Positions 1-9,728 of a stretch of DNA of 33,114 nucleotides are shown one piece after another. Origin of the DNA: a virus (lineage: Duplodnaviria > Caudoviricetes); the IMG/VR virus record IMGVR_UViG_3300044984_003256, positions 1 through 33,114 of that record; one strand, written 5' to 3'. The position numbers were made by a program, and so were the translations under genes. The stretch's first letter is position 1. Each line of letters opens with the position of its first letter. A model generated the notes under the pieces. That model did not search any database, was not told where the DNA came from, and saw only the letters and a list, made by a program, of their open reading frames with translations.

Positions 1-42
1 GCGTTTCTTTCCAAATTCAAATCCAAAAAATTCTATAGCCAT
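1..42 (-). CDS. gp20: portal protein gp20, N-terminal fragment (runs off window)
   Basis: Reverse strand reads MAIEFFGFEFGKKR from ATG at 42, resembling the 'xLFGF' N-terminus of T4-like portals. Lies directly downstream of gp19 and has a late-promoter box at 58-65. Confidence 0.7.
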   Translation of the reverse strand, partial: MAIEFFGFEFGKKR

Positions 43-57
43 GTTGATCTTTCACAA

Positions 58-65
58 TATTTAGG
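58..65 (-). promoter_or_regulatory. late promoter-like box CCTAAATA
   Basis: Variant of the T4 gp55 late box TATAAATA, 15 nt upstream of the putative gp20 ATG. The same motif recurs before many structural genes. Confidence 0.7.
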
Positions 66-88
66 TACAATTAAATCAAGATTTATTT

Positions 89-658
89 TTATGCTTGGGT
101 ATCAGCACCAGTAATTACAATATCATCATATAACATAACAACTGAAAAAGTATTCAAAAAATTTCTATTTGCCATATTATGATCAATGGCACTAACAGTT
201 TTTGGCCAGCAACCATTCATAGTAAAGGTTTTTATGGTGTCACCATTTAAATCTAAATGTTCAATTTTCCAGGTTCGCTTATAATTGTTTGAATTTAATG
301 TACTGTCTGGAGTATTATCTTTATGATTATTAATTCTATTACTCCAATTTGAAAAATCAGCCCATAAATTAGAAGGTGTAGTACTATTAGTACCTACACT
401 AGTAGATCCATTTAAATCATCATATATGGATATTTGCCATGGTGCATATTGTCTATCACCAGGAATATGTACTTTTCTACCATAACCATGTAATTCTAAT
501 GTTATGTTTGTAATAGGTGGAATAAAAGTAGATCTTATATGAAATGGTTTAGGAGTCACTGATGTGCTTGTTGTAGAAAACGCAATACCACCGCTAACAA
601 GAAAACGGTTTGCACGTGTACCACCAGAAAAAGAATTTTTAAATGTTGATAGATTCAT
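89..658 (-). CDS. gp19: tail tube protein gp19-like (paralog 2)
   Basis: GGTRANRF, GRKVHIPGDRQYAPWQISIYDD, HLDLNG..IKTF...GCWP motifs typical of the T4 gp19 family. Confidence 0.8.
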   Translation of the reverse strand: MNLSTFKNSFSGGTRANRFLVSGGIAFSTTSTSVTPKPFHIRSTFIPPITNITLELHGYGRKVHIPGDRQYAPWQISIYDDLNGSTSVGTNSTTPSNLWADFSNWSNRINNHKDNTPDSTLNSNNYKRTWKIEHLDLNGDTIKTFTMNGCWPKTVSAIDHNMANRNFLNTFSVVMLYDDIVITGADTQA

Positions 659-660
659 AC

Positions 661-1224
661 TTAAATACCGTTTACGATCTCATAATAGTCATAAGTAAAT
701 GTGACACTAAAGGATACTAAACTACCACCTTCACCCATATCTAAACCAATCTGGCCTACTTCTGAAGGCCATGCATTTTTTAATGTTATTGTTCGAAATA
801 TTGAATGCCCTGTGTCAGTACCGCCACCGCCACTAGGATCACTTAATTGATTAAACGTAATATCACATAAATTAATACCTGCTGCATATGTTGAGTCAGC
901 AACAGTATTTGTTGTGTGTGAACTTAATAAATCAGCCCATTGGTGAAATGCTGTCCACGATTCATTATTTCCCGTATCATCAATAAAGGTAACAGTCCAT
1001 GGTTTATAGTCTCGGTCACCAGCATAATGTGCTACACGCCCACGGTATGGTATTGAAATACTACCCAATTCTGCTTCTGGTAATTTTGTTGCAGTTGCAT
1101 GATAAATTGAAGTAGTAGGTTGGGAAGTAACATTTGCAGGCCAATTAATATCAACATTGAATCTATTAGCACGAGTTCCGCCTTTAAACCCATCTTTGAA
1201 TTCTGAAATTGTTTGATTAGCCAT
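661..1224 (-). CDS. gp19: tail tube protein gp19
   Basis: GGTRANRF, LP..ELG.I.IPYRGR....AGDRDYKPWTVT, NAWPSEVGQI, FSVTFTYDY; located after the sheath gene. Confidence 0.9.
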   Translation of the reverse strand: MANQTISEFKDGFKGGTRANRFNVDINWPANVTSQPTTSIYHATATKLPEAELGSISIPYRGRVAHYAGDRDYKPWTVTFIDDTGNNESWTAFHQWADLLSSHTTNTVADSTYAAGINLCDITFNQLSDPSGGGGTDTGHSIFRTITLKNAWPSEVGQIGLDMGEGGSLVSFSVTFTYDYYEIVNGI

Positions 1225-1239
1225 TTAAGAACCTTTAAT

Positions 1240-3090
1240 TTATTGAGCTATAACGGTTACAGTATATCCAGAAAGCAGAGTATTTTGCGCTGTTGTTCCA
1301 AAAGATGCTTGTATTGGAAAGAAAGTTATAGTTGCAGATACAGTTGCAGCTGTTAGGTATTCAATAACTACAATAGTACCTGGGTTAAGTGATGCATTTA
1401 ATCCAGAATTAGCAACGATTTCACTTTGTATCTCATTTTCTAAAATATTTCTATTACTTGGGTTATTTACTTTACCAGCAGTAATAGCTCTGTTCAAAAT
1501 AATTGTTGCTATCTCAGTAATTACCCGTTTCATGGATGTAACACCAATTCTATCATTAATATCAATTGAAAGATATGGGGATGTAGCGCCAATTAAATCT
1601 GTAGCTAATACTAAACCATTACTCGAACTAACATAATAATTAATACGTCTACTCTGTAAAGTTTTAGCAGAGTTACTAAAACTAGCTGGAGTAGGTGTTA
1701 TACTATCACAATTTAAAGGTGTAGAATACGGAAAACCTACAGCTGATTTATAAAGATCATTATTTGATTTAGCTCGCTGTAAAGCACCTGCAACATCAGC
1801 AATTAATGGAATTTCTAAAACAAGCCTTCCAGTTGTAGGATTACCAAAATTAGGAGACTTAATTACTCTTTGTTTCTTTCCAATAACACATAATAATCTA
1901 TTAAGATATGGATCTTCTATTAAGGTATAAGCAGTTAATCCAGCTGTATTGGGTACATTCTGGTATAGTGATGGTTTTCCATCAAATCCAGGATAACGAT
2001 GAATATCTGAAAAATCATTAGAACTTGTATTTTGCGAAAGACAGAAAGCAGCTCCAGATAATCCTGCATGAATAATATAAGCGGCCTTAGTATTCGTGGG
2101 GGCATCGTCATCTAAAGTACTATTAACAATATTATTACGCTTAATAGTTTCTGTATAGATACTGTTTAACCACTGGGCAGTAAGTCCATGACAATAATTA
2201 AATGTATTACCTGATGCATATGAAGCTTCGCTTCCTCCATATATTAAACGACTCTCAGATGATGCTAAAGTAATACCTTGTCCATCAATATATGTACTCA
2301 TATCTAAAGTCATAAAAGCATCGGCTCTAGTTGACCAGGCGTATGAATTGACTTGCCCCGGATTTCCAAGCCAATTAGCCATAGGTTGATAATTACCATT
2401 AACGACAACAGTTGCTCCATATGCAAGAGCTGTCAGTACAGTATAAAACTCAATACCAGTTCTACTCAAAACATGTTCTTGATTAGGTTGATCATAAACA
2501 ACAAACGCACCAGTTATTCCGTTTCCGGTAACATCTGGTTGTTCGCCACTATTATAAAGTCTCGTAGGTAATACTCCACCAGAATTTCCTGTATACGAAC
2601 CAGGAAACATAATATCTTTTAAAAAATTAAATGAATTTGTATTCGCGAAGTTACCACCTGGTCCCGTTGGCACTCCGTCAGGGCCTAGATCAGTATATGA
2701 TGCTTCAGGAATATATTGTCGAATAATATCATTAATATTATTGTGAATGTTATTCATCACACTTATAAAACTGTTTGGACTGTCAAATACATAAGACCCA
2801 CTCGTATTGTCGGGCCCTATCTTATATTCACCTGTAATCTTCTCCGTCCATATATTTCCTGCATTCTGTGTAGCTTTTAGGATTCCAAATAAACCAGATG
2901 CTGTTATACCTTTCTGATTTAGAGTATTAATACTAGTAAAATTTCCTGCAGAAATTAATACTACAGCATTTCTTAAGAAGTCAGGATTACGCTGATCGCT
3001 CTCCCATTTTCCTCCATCCTGATTAGTATCTAAAAAATCTGAAAAGGGGTTAATTGGTGTTGGATTAATTATTTCTGGTGCAAATCCCAT
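1240..3090 (-). CDS. gp18: tail sheath protein gp18-like, divergent
   Basis: Position between gp17 and gp19. C-terminal third echoes gp18 (IPLIADVAGAL, SAVG, LQSRRINY, DRIGV); N-terminal two-thirds not recognisable. Confidence 0.7.
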   Translation of the reverse strand: MGFAPEIINPTPINPFSDFLDTNQDGGKWESDQRNPDFLRNAVVLISAGNFTSINTLNQKGITASGLFGILKATQNAGNIWTEKITGEYKIGPDNTSGSYVFDSPNSFISVMNNIHNNINDIIRQYIPEASYTDLGPDGVPTGPGGNFANTNSFNFLKDIMFPGSYTGNSGGVLPTRLYNSGEQPDVTGNGITGAFVVYDQPNQEHVLSRTGIEFYTVLTALAYGATVVVNGNYQPMANWLGNPGQVNSYAWSTRADAFMTLDMSTYIDGQGITLASSESRLIYGGSEASYASGNTFNYCHGLTAQWLNSIYTETIKRNNIVNSTLDDDAPTNTKAAYIIHAGLSGAAFCLSQNTSSNDFSDIHRYPGFDGKPSLYQNVPNTAGLTAYTLIEDPYLNRLLCVIGKKQRVIKSPNFGNPTTGRLVLEIPLIADVAGALQRAKSNNDLYKSAVGFPYSTPLNCDSITPTPASFSNSAKTLQSRRINYYVSSSNGLVLATDLIGATSPYLSIDINDRIGVTSMKRVITEIATIILNRAITAGKVNNPSNRNILENEIQSEIVANSGLNASLNPGTIVVIEYLTAATVSATITFFPIQASFGTTAQNTLLSGYTVTVIAQ

Positions 3091-3105
3091 ATTGTTCCTC
3101 GTTAT

Positions 3106-3113
3106 TATTTATA
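3106..3113 (-). promoter_or_regulatory. T4-type late promoter TATAAATA
   Basis: Exact T4 late consensus upstream of the sheath gene, followed by a GAGGAA Shine-Dalgarno (3095-3100). Confidence 0.75.
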
Positions 3114-3122
3114 TACTATTTT

Positions 3123-4781
3123 TTATGACGGAAACCAAACAAAATTTCCATCTGACCAGCCGTCTTTTGTAACTTCATCTGGATCTCGTTCATCTGCACT
3201 CATCATAAACAATGTATTGTCATCTTCCGGGTTTGTTTCATTCTGAGAATATTTGTTCTTGGCAGTCTCAATTAAGTCAGCAAAATACTCTTGGCGAGTT
3301 AACCATGAATAAAACACTAAGCACATAACTAAATCATCACTATGGTTATCTTCTGCCCGAAAACTGTTTGCTTTTGATACAAACGACATAAGTTCTTTCA
3401 TGATTCGTTCGTCGTTTAAATAAATTTTGTCTTCTTCTACTAAACGTTTAAGTACCGCACAACCAATTTTTTTAGTCTGAGTAGTCGTTCTAAGACCGAA
3501 TTCAGCCCTACCCCGAGCAAAACCCTGAGATAATACCTGACCCTTCATTCCTTTATTTTGAGTCATCAGCAAATTTTCATAGCCTAGATCGTTATAAAGT
3601 ATTGATGCAACCTGTCCACCAACGTCATTTACCTCAATAAGCACATAAGCTTCATTATATTTTTCGGCTACTACTTTAATTGTAGTTGGAAAAGAGAACG
3701 GGCTGATTGTGTTGTTTTGAAAGCTCGCAACAACTTTATAGGGTGATTGACTTCCTTCGATAACAATAAAGGCAGAATAGTCTTTACCCTGTCCACGAGA
3801 AACGTCTGCCATGATAAAATAAATACCGTTTGGATCCGGTTGTTCAAAGATTCTTAAACCTTCTGGAGTTTGTTCGATAGGATCATTAGGGGCTAAAATG
3901 TTTAGCTTAGATGACGAAACAAGTGTGTTAGATGATCCAATAAATGAACATTCAAATTCTTGATTGAATTGTTCTGCACTGGTATTTGCAATGGTTTCGG
4001 TTTTCCATGCATCATCTCTATTCGGACCACCCGGATATAGAGGAACTTGTCTCCAGCTAATTTCTACTGGAACAAATTTATTCTTGAGTGGATGTCCTTC
4101 TGGACGAGATGCATTAATCCAAGTATTATGAAAATGGTTTAATCCGTGTGGAGTTGAAACAATTATAATTTTTGAGGTAGTACCAGCCGAAATGGTCGGA
4201 TACGTAGATGCATAAAACTCTTCTGCAATATTTTGTGGAAGATATGCAAACTCATCTAACAATAGAAAATTATAAGAACCACCACGAATAGCTGAAGCTG
4301 AAGTAGCAGCACACATAACTGACGAACCATTTTCAAGGCTTAGTGAAGTTTTGTTCCACTCAAGCACACCTTGTTGTAAGTACTGTGGTAAATTTTCATA
4401 AGCTAACTGAAGTCTGTTAAATAATTCAGTTGCAGTTTTTTGTTTATTTGCAAGAATAGCAACTTTCACATCTGGATGAAAGTTTACATAATGGTTGATA
4501 TAACCAAGTACACAGCTGGACTTACCACTCTGTCGAGGAAATTTTGATACCACAAATCGATTATCGTGAATAGACTGAATAAACTTTTTTTGATAATCAT
4601 ATAAGAGAAAAGGGCTTAAACCTTTATCGAGTGTAACAATCTTAATATGATTTTCAATAAAGTGAATTGGGTCGCGAGCACACTTTACATATTCGTCAAA
4701 TTGTTCTTTGGTATAATTGACATTTATACCGGGTGCTTTAAGATTCGGGTTTGACCGATATCCTGTTCGGGGTTGACTCAT
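3123..4781 (-). CDS. gp17: terminase large subunit gp17
   Basis: Walker A PRQSGKS, Walker B LLLDEFA, STPHGLNHF, QEFECSFIGS, nuclease ADVSRGQGKDYS and DDLVM. Confidence 0.97.
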   Translation of the reverse strand: MSQPRTGYRSNPNLKAPGINVNYTKEQFDEYVKCARDPIHFIENHIKIVTLDKGLSPFLLYDYQKKFIQSIHDNRFVVSKFPRQSGKSSCVLGYINHYVNFHPDVKVAILANKQKTATELFNRLQLAYENLPQYLQQGVLEWNKTSLSLENGSSVMCAATSASAIRGGSYNFLLLDEFAYLPQNIAEEFYASTYPTISAGTTSKIIIVSTPHGLNHFHNTWINASRPEGHPLKNKFVPVEISWRQVPLYPGGPNRDDAWKTETIANTSAEQFNQEFECSFIGSSNTLVSSSKLNILAPNDPIEQTPEGLRIFEQPDPNGIYFIMADVSRGQGKDYSAFIVIEGSQSPYKVVASFQNNTISPFSFPTTIKVVAEKYNEAYVLIEVNDVGGQVASILYNDLGYENLLMTQNKGMKGQVLSQGFARGRAEFGLRTTTQTKKIGCAVLKRLVEEDKIYLNDERIMKELMSFVSKANSFRAEDNHSDDLVMCLVFYSWLTRQEYFADLIETAKNKYSQNETNPEDDNTLFMMSADERDPDEVTKDGWSDGNFVWFPS

Positions 4782-5187
4782 TTATTTCTGCCTCCACATA
4801 ATCTTTTTCTTTTTTTAATAAGGCTTGCAAATCTTTGGTTGTACCAACAAATATTGAATTATTTGTATTATTTTTTACAGTAACTTTATTTGTTTCTGCA
4901 AATTTTGTAGATACGTCCATTAGATTTACATTGATATCAGCTATTGTTTTAATCATCGTCGCAAGAACTTCATAAGCTCTTGGGTTATCAGATTCAATAG
5001 CAACTTTCATTATTCCTTCTAAACTAACTGCACCACTAGAAATAAGATTTCTCAGATTCTGTCTGGCAAAATCATAATCTTCACTTGCTGGTCCAGTAGC
5101 CCCAGGTTTTACAATTTCTTGTTTGGTAGTTTCGTTTGTGGAGTCTATATGAAAAAACTGTTCTAAATTTTTATTTACATCTTTCAT
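4738..5187 (-). CDS. gp16: terminase small subunit gp16
   Basis: DYDFARQNL, ESDNPRAYEV, NNSIFVGTTKDLQ motifs of T4-like gp16; overlaps the gp17 start. Confidence 0.92.
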   Translation of the reverse strand: MKDVNKNLEQFFHIDSTNETTKQEIVKPGATGPASEDYDFARQNLRNLISSGAVSLEGIMKVAIESDNPRAYEVLATMIKTIADINVNLMDVSTKFAETNKVTVKNNTNNSIFVGTTKDLQALLKKEKDYVEAEINESTPNRISVKPES

Positions 5188-5188
5188 T

Positions 5189-5845
5189 TTATTCTAACAT
5201 AGCTTGCACATCAAGATTATAATCTTCAAGAAGCTGAATAGCTTGGTTACCATTAGCTGGACCAAACATATAACCTTTTGCAATTAATCCTATACTAGAC
5301 ATATTTAGGCGGCGACTACCGAAGTCTCCATCGTATCGTTCATTTAAATTTATACCATTCATGATAACCAGTGGAACTGTTGTATCATCTCTATTTGCAC
5401 CATAGTTAATTTTTAAATTAAATTCTGGATTAAAATATGGAATAATTTGTTCTGAAATTTGTAAAGTATCTGTAATATGTCTTGTGTACATAAACAAATT
5501 GAATGTTATATTAATAGGTACTTCAACAAACATCTGTTTGCCTTGATTACCAACAACATCGTATACATCAGTATTTACTTTGTTACGTCTACGGCTTGGA
5601 TCAATGGCAATCTGATTAACTGCAAAACTCATCTGTGGTAAACGTATCCCCAATTTGGTATCATCAGTAATCGATGATTCTTCTAATAACCGCCGAATAA
5701 ATTTTTCTTTAGGTGCATAGGTTAAAGGAACACGAATATTTTTGTCAACACCACTTTCTGGATGGGCAACATAGATATTATTGAATAGGGTACCGAAAGC
5801 AATAACGACTTTTCGGAGATATGCGCCGTAGTAATATTGAAACAT
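5189..5845 (-). CDS. gp15: tail sheath stabilizer/terminator gp15
   Basis: RKVVIAFGTLFNNI, VPLTYAPKEKF, LPQMSF, EQIIPYFNP motifs. Confidence 0.95.
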   Translation of the reverse strand: MFQYYYGAYLRKVVIAFGTLFNNIYVAHPESGVDKNIRVPLTYAPKEKFIRRLLEESSITDDTKLGIRLPQMSFAVNQIAIDPSRRRNKVNTDVYDVVGNQGKQMFVEVPINITFNLFMYTRHITDTLQISEQIIPYFNPEFNLKINYGANRDDTTVPLVIMNGINLNERYDGDFGSRRLNMSSIGLIAKGYMFGPANGNQAIQLLEDYNLDVQAMLE

Positions 5846-6759
5846 TAATAATTACCTTCCGAGAATGGATCCGTATTGTCAAACGGAACCACATTATTTG
5901 CAAATCTTTCTTGTTCAAAATCCTCATTGTTTCCTTTGAGAGTCTTGTTGGTTCCGTAGGACACGTATCTATTAGTATCAGCAATAATGGAGCTAATAGA
6001 CGCTGTGAGCCCTTGGTAGACTCCAGCTGTATCTCCGAGGGCTCTAAATGTGGAAGCCGTACTGAAGCTTCCGCTGATAATATTGATAAGCACTGGACTA
6101 TAAGTTTCACCTGCCCAAGATTCAATTTGACCAAATCCACCAGAACCACCAGAAATACCACTTTGTTGCACGTATTGTCCCGGATAGAAAGAAGTAGCAC
6201 CTATAAGATTGTACACATATAGATTGTAGAAGGTTCTAAAGGCATTATCATAAATTTCATTGATAGCAGTATTTCCTGTGGTAATTTTTTCCATACTGTA
6301 ACTAAACATTTCACATGTCAATTCATAACTATGAAGTTTGCCTAATGCGTAGAAGGGGTTTTCGTGTTCTACAAAGTTAATTTCAAATATACTTTTGGAT
6401 AACGGAAAATAAATTAAGTCACCTTCACGTGGACGAATAATTGCAGGTTCTGCTGCACTTACTATGTCCTTAAATCTTTTCTTTGCAATCACTAGAGTAA
6501 GCTGATCTTTTACTTCAATACCAAACTGATTAATAATATCAGTTCCTTTGAACCCAGTATTTGTTTTGATGTAGGCTTCAATGGTATAAGATGTAGAAAA
6601 CGAAGTACCCATATCTTCACCAAAGATTTTATCAATATTTGCATATTGACGTGGAACATATACCACATCTCTTCCGGTACCTTGAATGATTTCGATGGTG
6701 ATAGATTCCATCAAATCTTGTTGTCCAGTATCGTCTTGAATATATGGGTTGGTAGTCAT
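5845..6759 (-). CDS. gp14: neck protein gp14
   Basis: G.DVVYVPR, FGED, RPREGDLIYFP, FEINFVEHENPFYALGK, C-terminal DPFSEG. Confidence 0.95.
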   Translation of the reverse strand: MTTNPYIQDDTGQQDLMESITIEIIQGTGRDVVYVPRQYANIDKIFGEDMGTSFSTSYTIEAYIKTNTGFKGTDIINQFGIEVKDQLTLVIAKKRFKDIVSAAEPAIIRPREGDLIYFPLSKSIFEINFVEHENPFYALGKLHSYELTCEMFSYSMEKITTGNTAINEIYDNAFRTFYNLYVYNLIGATSFYPGQYVQQSGISGGSGGFGQIESWAGETYSPVLINIISGSFSTASTFRALGDTAGVYQGLTASISSIIADTNRYVSYGTNKTLKGNNEDFEQERFANNVVPFDNTDPFSEGNY

Positions 6760-6762
6760 AGT

Positions 6763-7563
6763 TTAGCCTATCAGCATATCCGGTGGTGGCTCATACATCT
6801 TGGTTATCTTATCTTCAATCTCTTCTATTTCTCGTAGGGCATCAGCCATAAGAGCAGGTGCATTCATTTGTGCACCACCGGGTAAGGGAACACCAGAAAA
6901 CTTCATAAGATTCTGTGCCCATTGTTTTTTCAATGTAGCTGTATAGTATCGTTTAAAAATACGGTCTTTCCATATTTTGGGATACAGGTTCACGTCAATT
7001 GCAACATAGGCTTCAAGCATTATATAACTTCCTACTTTTAGTCTATCTTGTCCAGTATCCAAAAATAGTCTTGATGTTGCTTTTGAGAATGTATATGCAA
7101 CTGGATATGAAAAATCCATTTCAATGGTTGAAATATAACTTCTTGCCATTTCATAATTGGATAATGCACCATACGATGCTTGTCCTTGGTTAAAGAATAT
7201 ACCAAAGAAGTCCTGCATTGATAGCTGATATCTAAGATCAAAGATATAATCACCAACAGTCGACGTAATAGGATAGACTTTACTGATAGTTAAAATATGA
7301 TCTGCACTAGGCCAGCCACCGGTGGATCCAAGTGCAGCACTCATACCATCCGTGTCAATATACCGGCGACTTAAATCGGTTGCAGTAATTTTATGAGCAA
7401 AAAGAGCTCTATGAACAAAGTCAAAATGCTTTTCCATTAGATAGCTTAAACAGTCATCTAAACGATCATCAGCTTGAGTTGAGCCAATATTAACCGTGAC
7501 AACTGGTTCGCCCAGGGCTCGTTTACAAAAACCAATAAATTCTTCTTTGTTTGTTGGATCCAT
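6763..7563 (-). CDS. gp13: neck protein gp13
   Basis: CKRALGEPVVTVN, IFDLRYQL, KKQWAQNLMKFSGVPLPGG, YEPPPDMLIG. Confidence 0.95.
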   Translation of the reverse strand: MDPTNKEEFIGFCKRALGEPVVTVNIGSTQADDRLDDCLSYLMEKHFDFVHRALFAHKITATDLSRRYIDTDGMSAALGSTGGWPSADHILTISKVYPITSTVGDYIFDLRYQLSMQDFFGIFFNQGQASYGALSNYEMARSYISTIEMDFSYPVAYTFSKATSRLFLDTGQDRLKVGSYIMLEAYVAIDVNLYPKIWKDRIFKRYYTATLKKQWAQNLMKFSGVPLPGGAQMNAPALMADALREIEEIEDKITKMYEPPPDMLIG

Positions 7564-7571
7564 TACAAAAA

Positions 7572-8039
7572 TTATTTAGGCTCTTGGGAACTTTTAATTT
7601 TAGCCATTTTCTCAAAAACCTCATATTCTGCATTGGATGGGTCTGGACTTGATACAATAATTTTATCAAGTTCTATTATATCATAAAGCTCAATTTGAGA
7701 TTTTCTATTGTTTTCTTCAATTTCTTTTGGGTTTGCTGGCTCATAATTGGAGAATCCTGGCATCTTTAGTGGACACGAAAGATAGGGGTAATCCAATTTA
7801 GAATAAGATTGACCATTAATTAATAATTGAGTATATGTATTATCACCGCACCCACACCCACCACAATAATGTCCACCATGGTTTTTACTTTTAAGTAAAT
7901 TTGGGCAAGGTGAAATTGTTGAGTTACCAAAACAAGACAATACACGTAATTGTTTTTCCCAAACAAAAGCTTTTTTGTTTGTAAAACCACGTGAAGCCAA
8001 TGACATAGCCAAAGCAATACATTTATTTAAAAAATTCAT
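7572..8039 (-). CDS. hypothetical Cys-rich protein (C...PCP...CGGCGCGD...CP), possible metal-binding
   Basis: Long ORF abutting both neighbours (TAATG overlap at 8039); clustered cysteines. Confidence 0.75.
   Translation of the reverse strand: MNFLNKCIALAMSLASRGFTNKKAFVWEKQLRVLSCFGNSTISPCPNLLKSKNHGGHYCGGCGCGDNTYTQLLINGQSYSKLDYPYLSCPLKMPGFSNYEPANPKEIEENNRKSQIELYDIIELDKIIVSSPDPSNAEYEVFEKMAKIKSSQEPK
7573..7580 (-). promoter_or_regulatory. late promoter-like box CCTAAATA
   Basis: Overlaps the last codons of the upstream ORF, 9 nt before the gp13 ATG. Confidence 0.6.
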
Positions 8040-8638
8040 TAGACACTTACAAAAGTTATTTCAAAAGAAAAAGGGCACGCTAAAGTTTTGAATAGTGTTT
8101 GGTAAGAAGCATTTAAATTTGATGTAACTGTGTATCTACCACCAGCACTTACCACAATACTAAGAGTCGTTACACCAAATAAACTTTTTAAGATATATGC
8201 CATACCTTCTTGTGTTCCACGTATTCTGGTATAGACATCATATGTCATATAAAATCTTCTAAAATTAGTAACAAGTTCTGGATAGGTATTAAAATTTAAA
8301 TTACCAGAAAATACTAAATCTGCATATGCTTGCAAAAATGCATCTGGTACGTAATGAATATCTCTTAAATCTTCGAGATAAAATCCCATACCATAGCCTT
8401 CATAATCAAAAAGCCATCTATAGTAATAAGTAAAAAAATCAATTACCGGTGCTGTAGTTGGATCAGACTCATATTGTTTTTGTACCCATGATGGAAATTG
8501 ATTCTTAATTTGAATCTTATCGCCATCCCATTCTTTTTCTGCAATACCTTGGTCACGCAGCAACTTCAAAGTATTATTGACAATTCTCTGAATACCCGTT
8601 TGAATTGAATCTTTTGTAAAACTATAAAATAATGTCAT
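8039..8638 (-). CDS. baseplate wedge protein, gp7/P2-gpI-like (short)
   Basis: Follows gp6. DFFTYYYRWL, RDIHYVPDAFL and YTRIRGTQEGMAYILKSLFG resemble the 'Y..KGT...' core of gpI/gp7-type wedge proteins. Confidence 0.6.
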   Translation of the reverse strand: MTLFYSFTKDSIQTGIQRIVNNTLKLLRDQGIAEKEWDGDKIQIKNQFPSWVQKQYESDPTTAPVIDFFTYYYRWLFDYEGYGMGFYLEDLRDIHYVPDAFLQAYADLVFSGNLNFNTYPELVTNFRRFYMTYDVYTRIRGTQEGMAYILKSLFGVTTLSIVVSAGGRYTVTSNLNASYQTLFKTLACPFSFEITFVSV

Positions 8639-8639
8639 A

Positions 8640-9728
8640 TTATTGTCCGTATGATACTATGATACCAGCAATTTTTCTAACGGCAAGATAATCTGTGATC
8701 AATTCACTTTGTAATGCATCTGATAAATTGGGAACATAAAATTTAATCTCCCCCACATCTGGGCTACTGATAACAATATCGGTATATGCTAGTGATAGAC
8801 CTTTACCAATTAAAAACGAATAAATTGCATCTTTATAATCATATTCTGTTACAATTCTATCTCTTGTATTTACAGCATACTGAGTATAAGTTCTAATATA
8901 ATCTTTTGTTGTTCCATTTCTTCCACCAGTTGGGTTTGTGTGACTAACTACTGTAACATTGCTGTAGATTTTTGCATTTAAGATTATTGCAGAATCAGTT
9001 AAGGTTCCTGAAGACTCTAAAGCGCGACAAATTACTGCGCCCGTAATAACTTCTGCTCCAGAAATATTATTAGTAACATAATAAACACCGGGACCATTTA
9101 AAACAGTAAATATTGTAGTTCCAGAATTATTTGAAAATTTATCTACTCTACTCCATGAAACTTCACTACCAGTAGTATCAAAAGAACTAAAAGAAACAGT
9201 AGATGGATCATAGGATATAGGAATAGAAATTACCTGTTTTGGTTGGTCATAATTACCAAATTCAGTTATTGTCTTTCCTGCAACTAAAACAACATCAGTT
9301 GTATCATCATCAACTGTAACTGGTATGGATGCTATATTATAAAATAAACATGGGGAGCCATTTGCTTGTGTTCCATTAAAAACACTATATGCTGGAATAG
9401 CAGTAGTTTCTTTGTTTTTTATTGTTGCAACACACCGAGAAGAAACAGTATCAGAAATAAACGCACCATGTAAACCAGCGTTTAATAGCAATGTGCGTTT
9501 AGTTGAAGCGGTTGTTGGAAAAGAATTTGTCAAAACTGAATGTAAATAATAACCATTATATGCAGTATTTGCAGACAAAATATCTAAGAACATATTGATG
9601 GCTGATGCTTGGTTTGCAAAATCATAATATTGAAATTGTGGATATTTTTGTAAAAATGTTACTAAACTTGATTTGATAGAATCATAATCAAGTTTGCCTA
9701 CATTTAATGTGCTATAATCATAATTCAT
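8640..9728 (-). CDS. gp6: baseplate wedge protein gp6 (short form)
   Basis: LDYDSIKSSL..FL, YDF...AINMFLDILSANTAYN, and RIVTEYDY (cf. gp6 RAVT..DY). Confidence 0.85.
   Translation of the reverse strand: MNYDYSTLNVGKLDYDSIKSSLVTFLQKYPQFQYYDFANQASAINMFLDILSANTAYNGYYLHSVLTNSFPTTASTKRTLLLNAGLHGAFISDTVSSRCVATIKNKETTAIPAYSVFNGTQANGSPCLFYNIASIPVTVDDDTTDVVLVAGKTITEFGNYDQPKQVISIPISYDPSTVSFSSFDTTGSEVSWSRVDKFSNNSGTTIFTVLNGPGVYYVTNNISGAEVITGAVICRALESSGTLTDSAIILNAKIYSNVTVVSHTNPTGGRNGTTKDYIRTYTQYAVNTRDRIVTEYDYKDAIYSFLIGKGLSLAYTDIVISSPDVGEIKFYVPNLSDALQSELITDYLAVRKIAGIIVSYGQ

Noticed and set aside
3123-4781. Intein or intron in the terminase
   Set aside because: Length of 552 aa and motif spacing are normal; no splice motifs or homing endonuclease seen.
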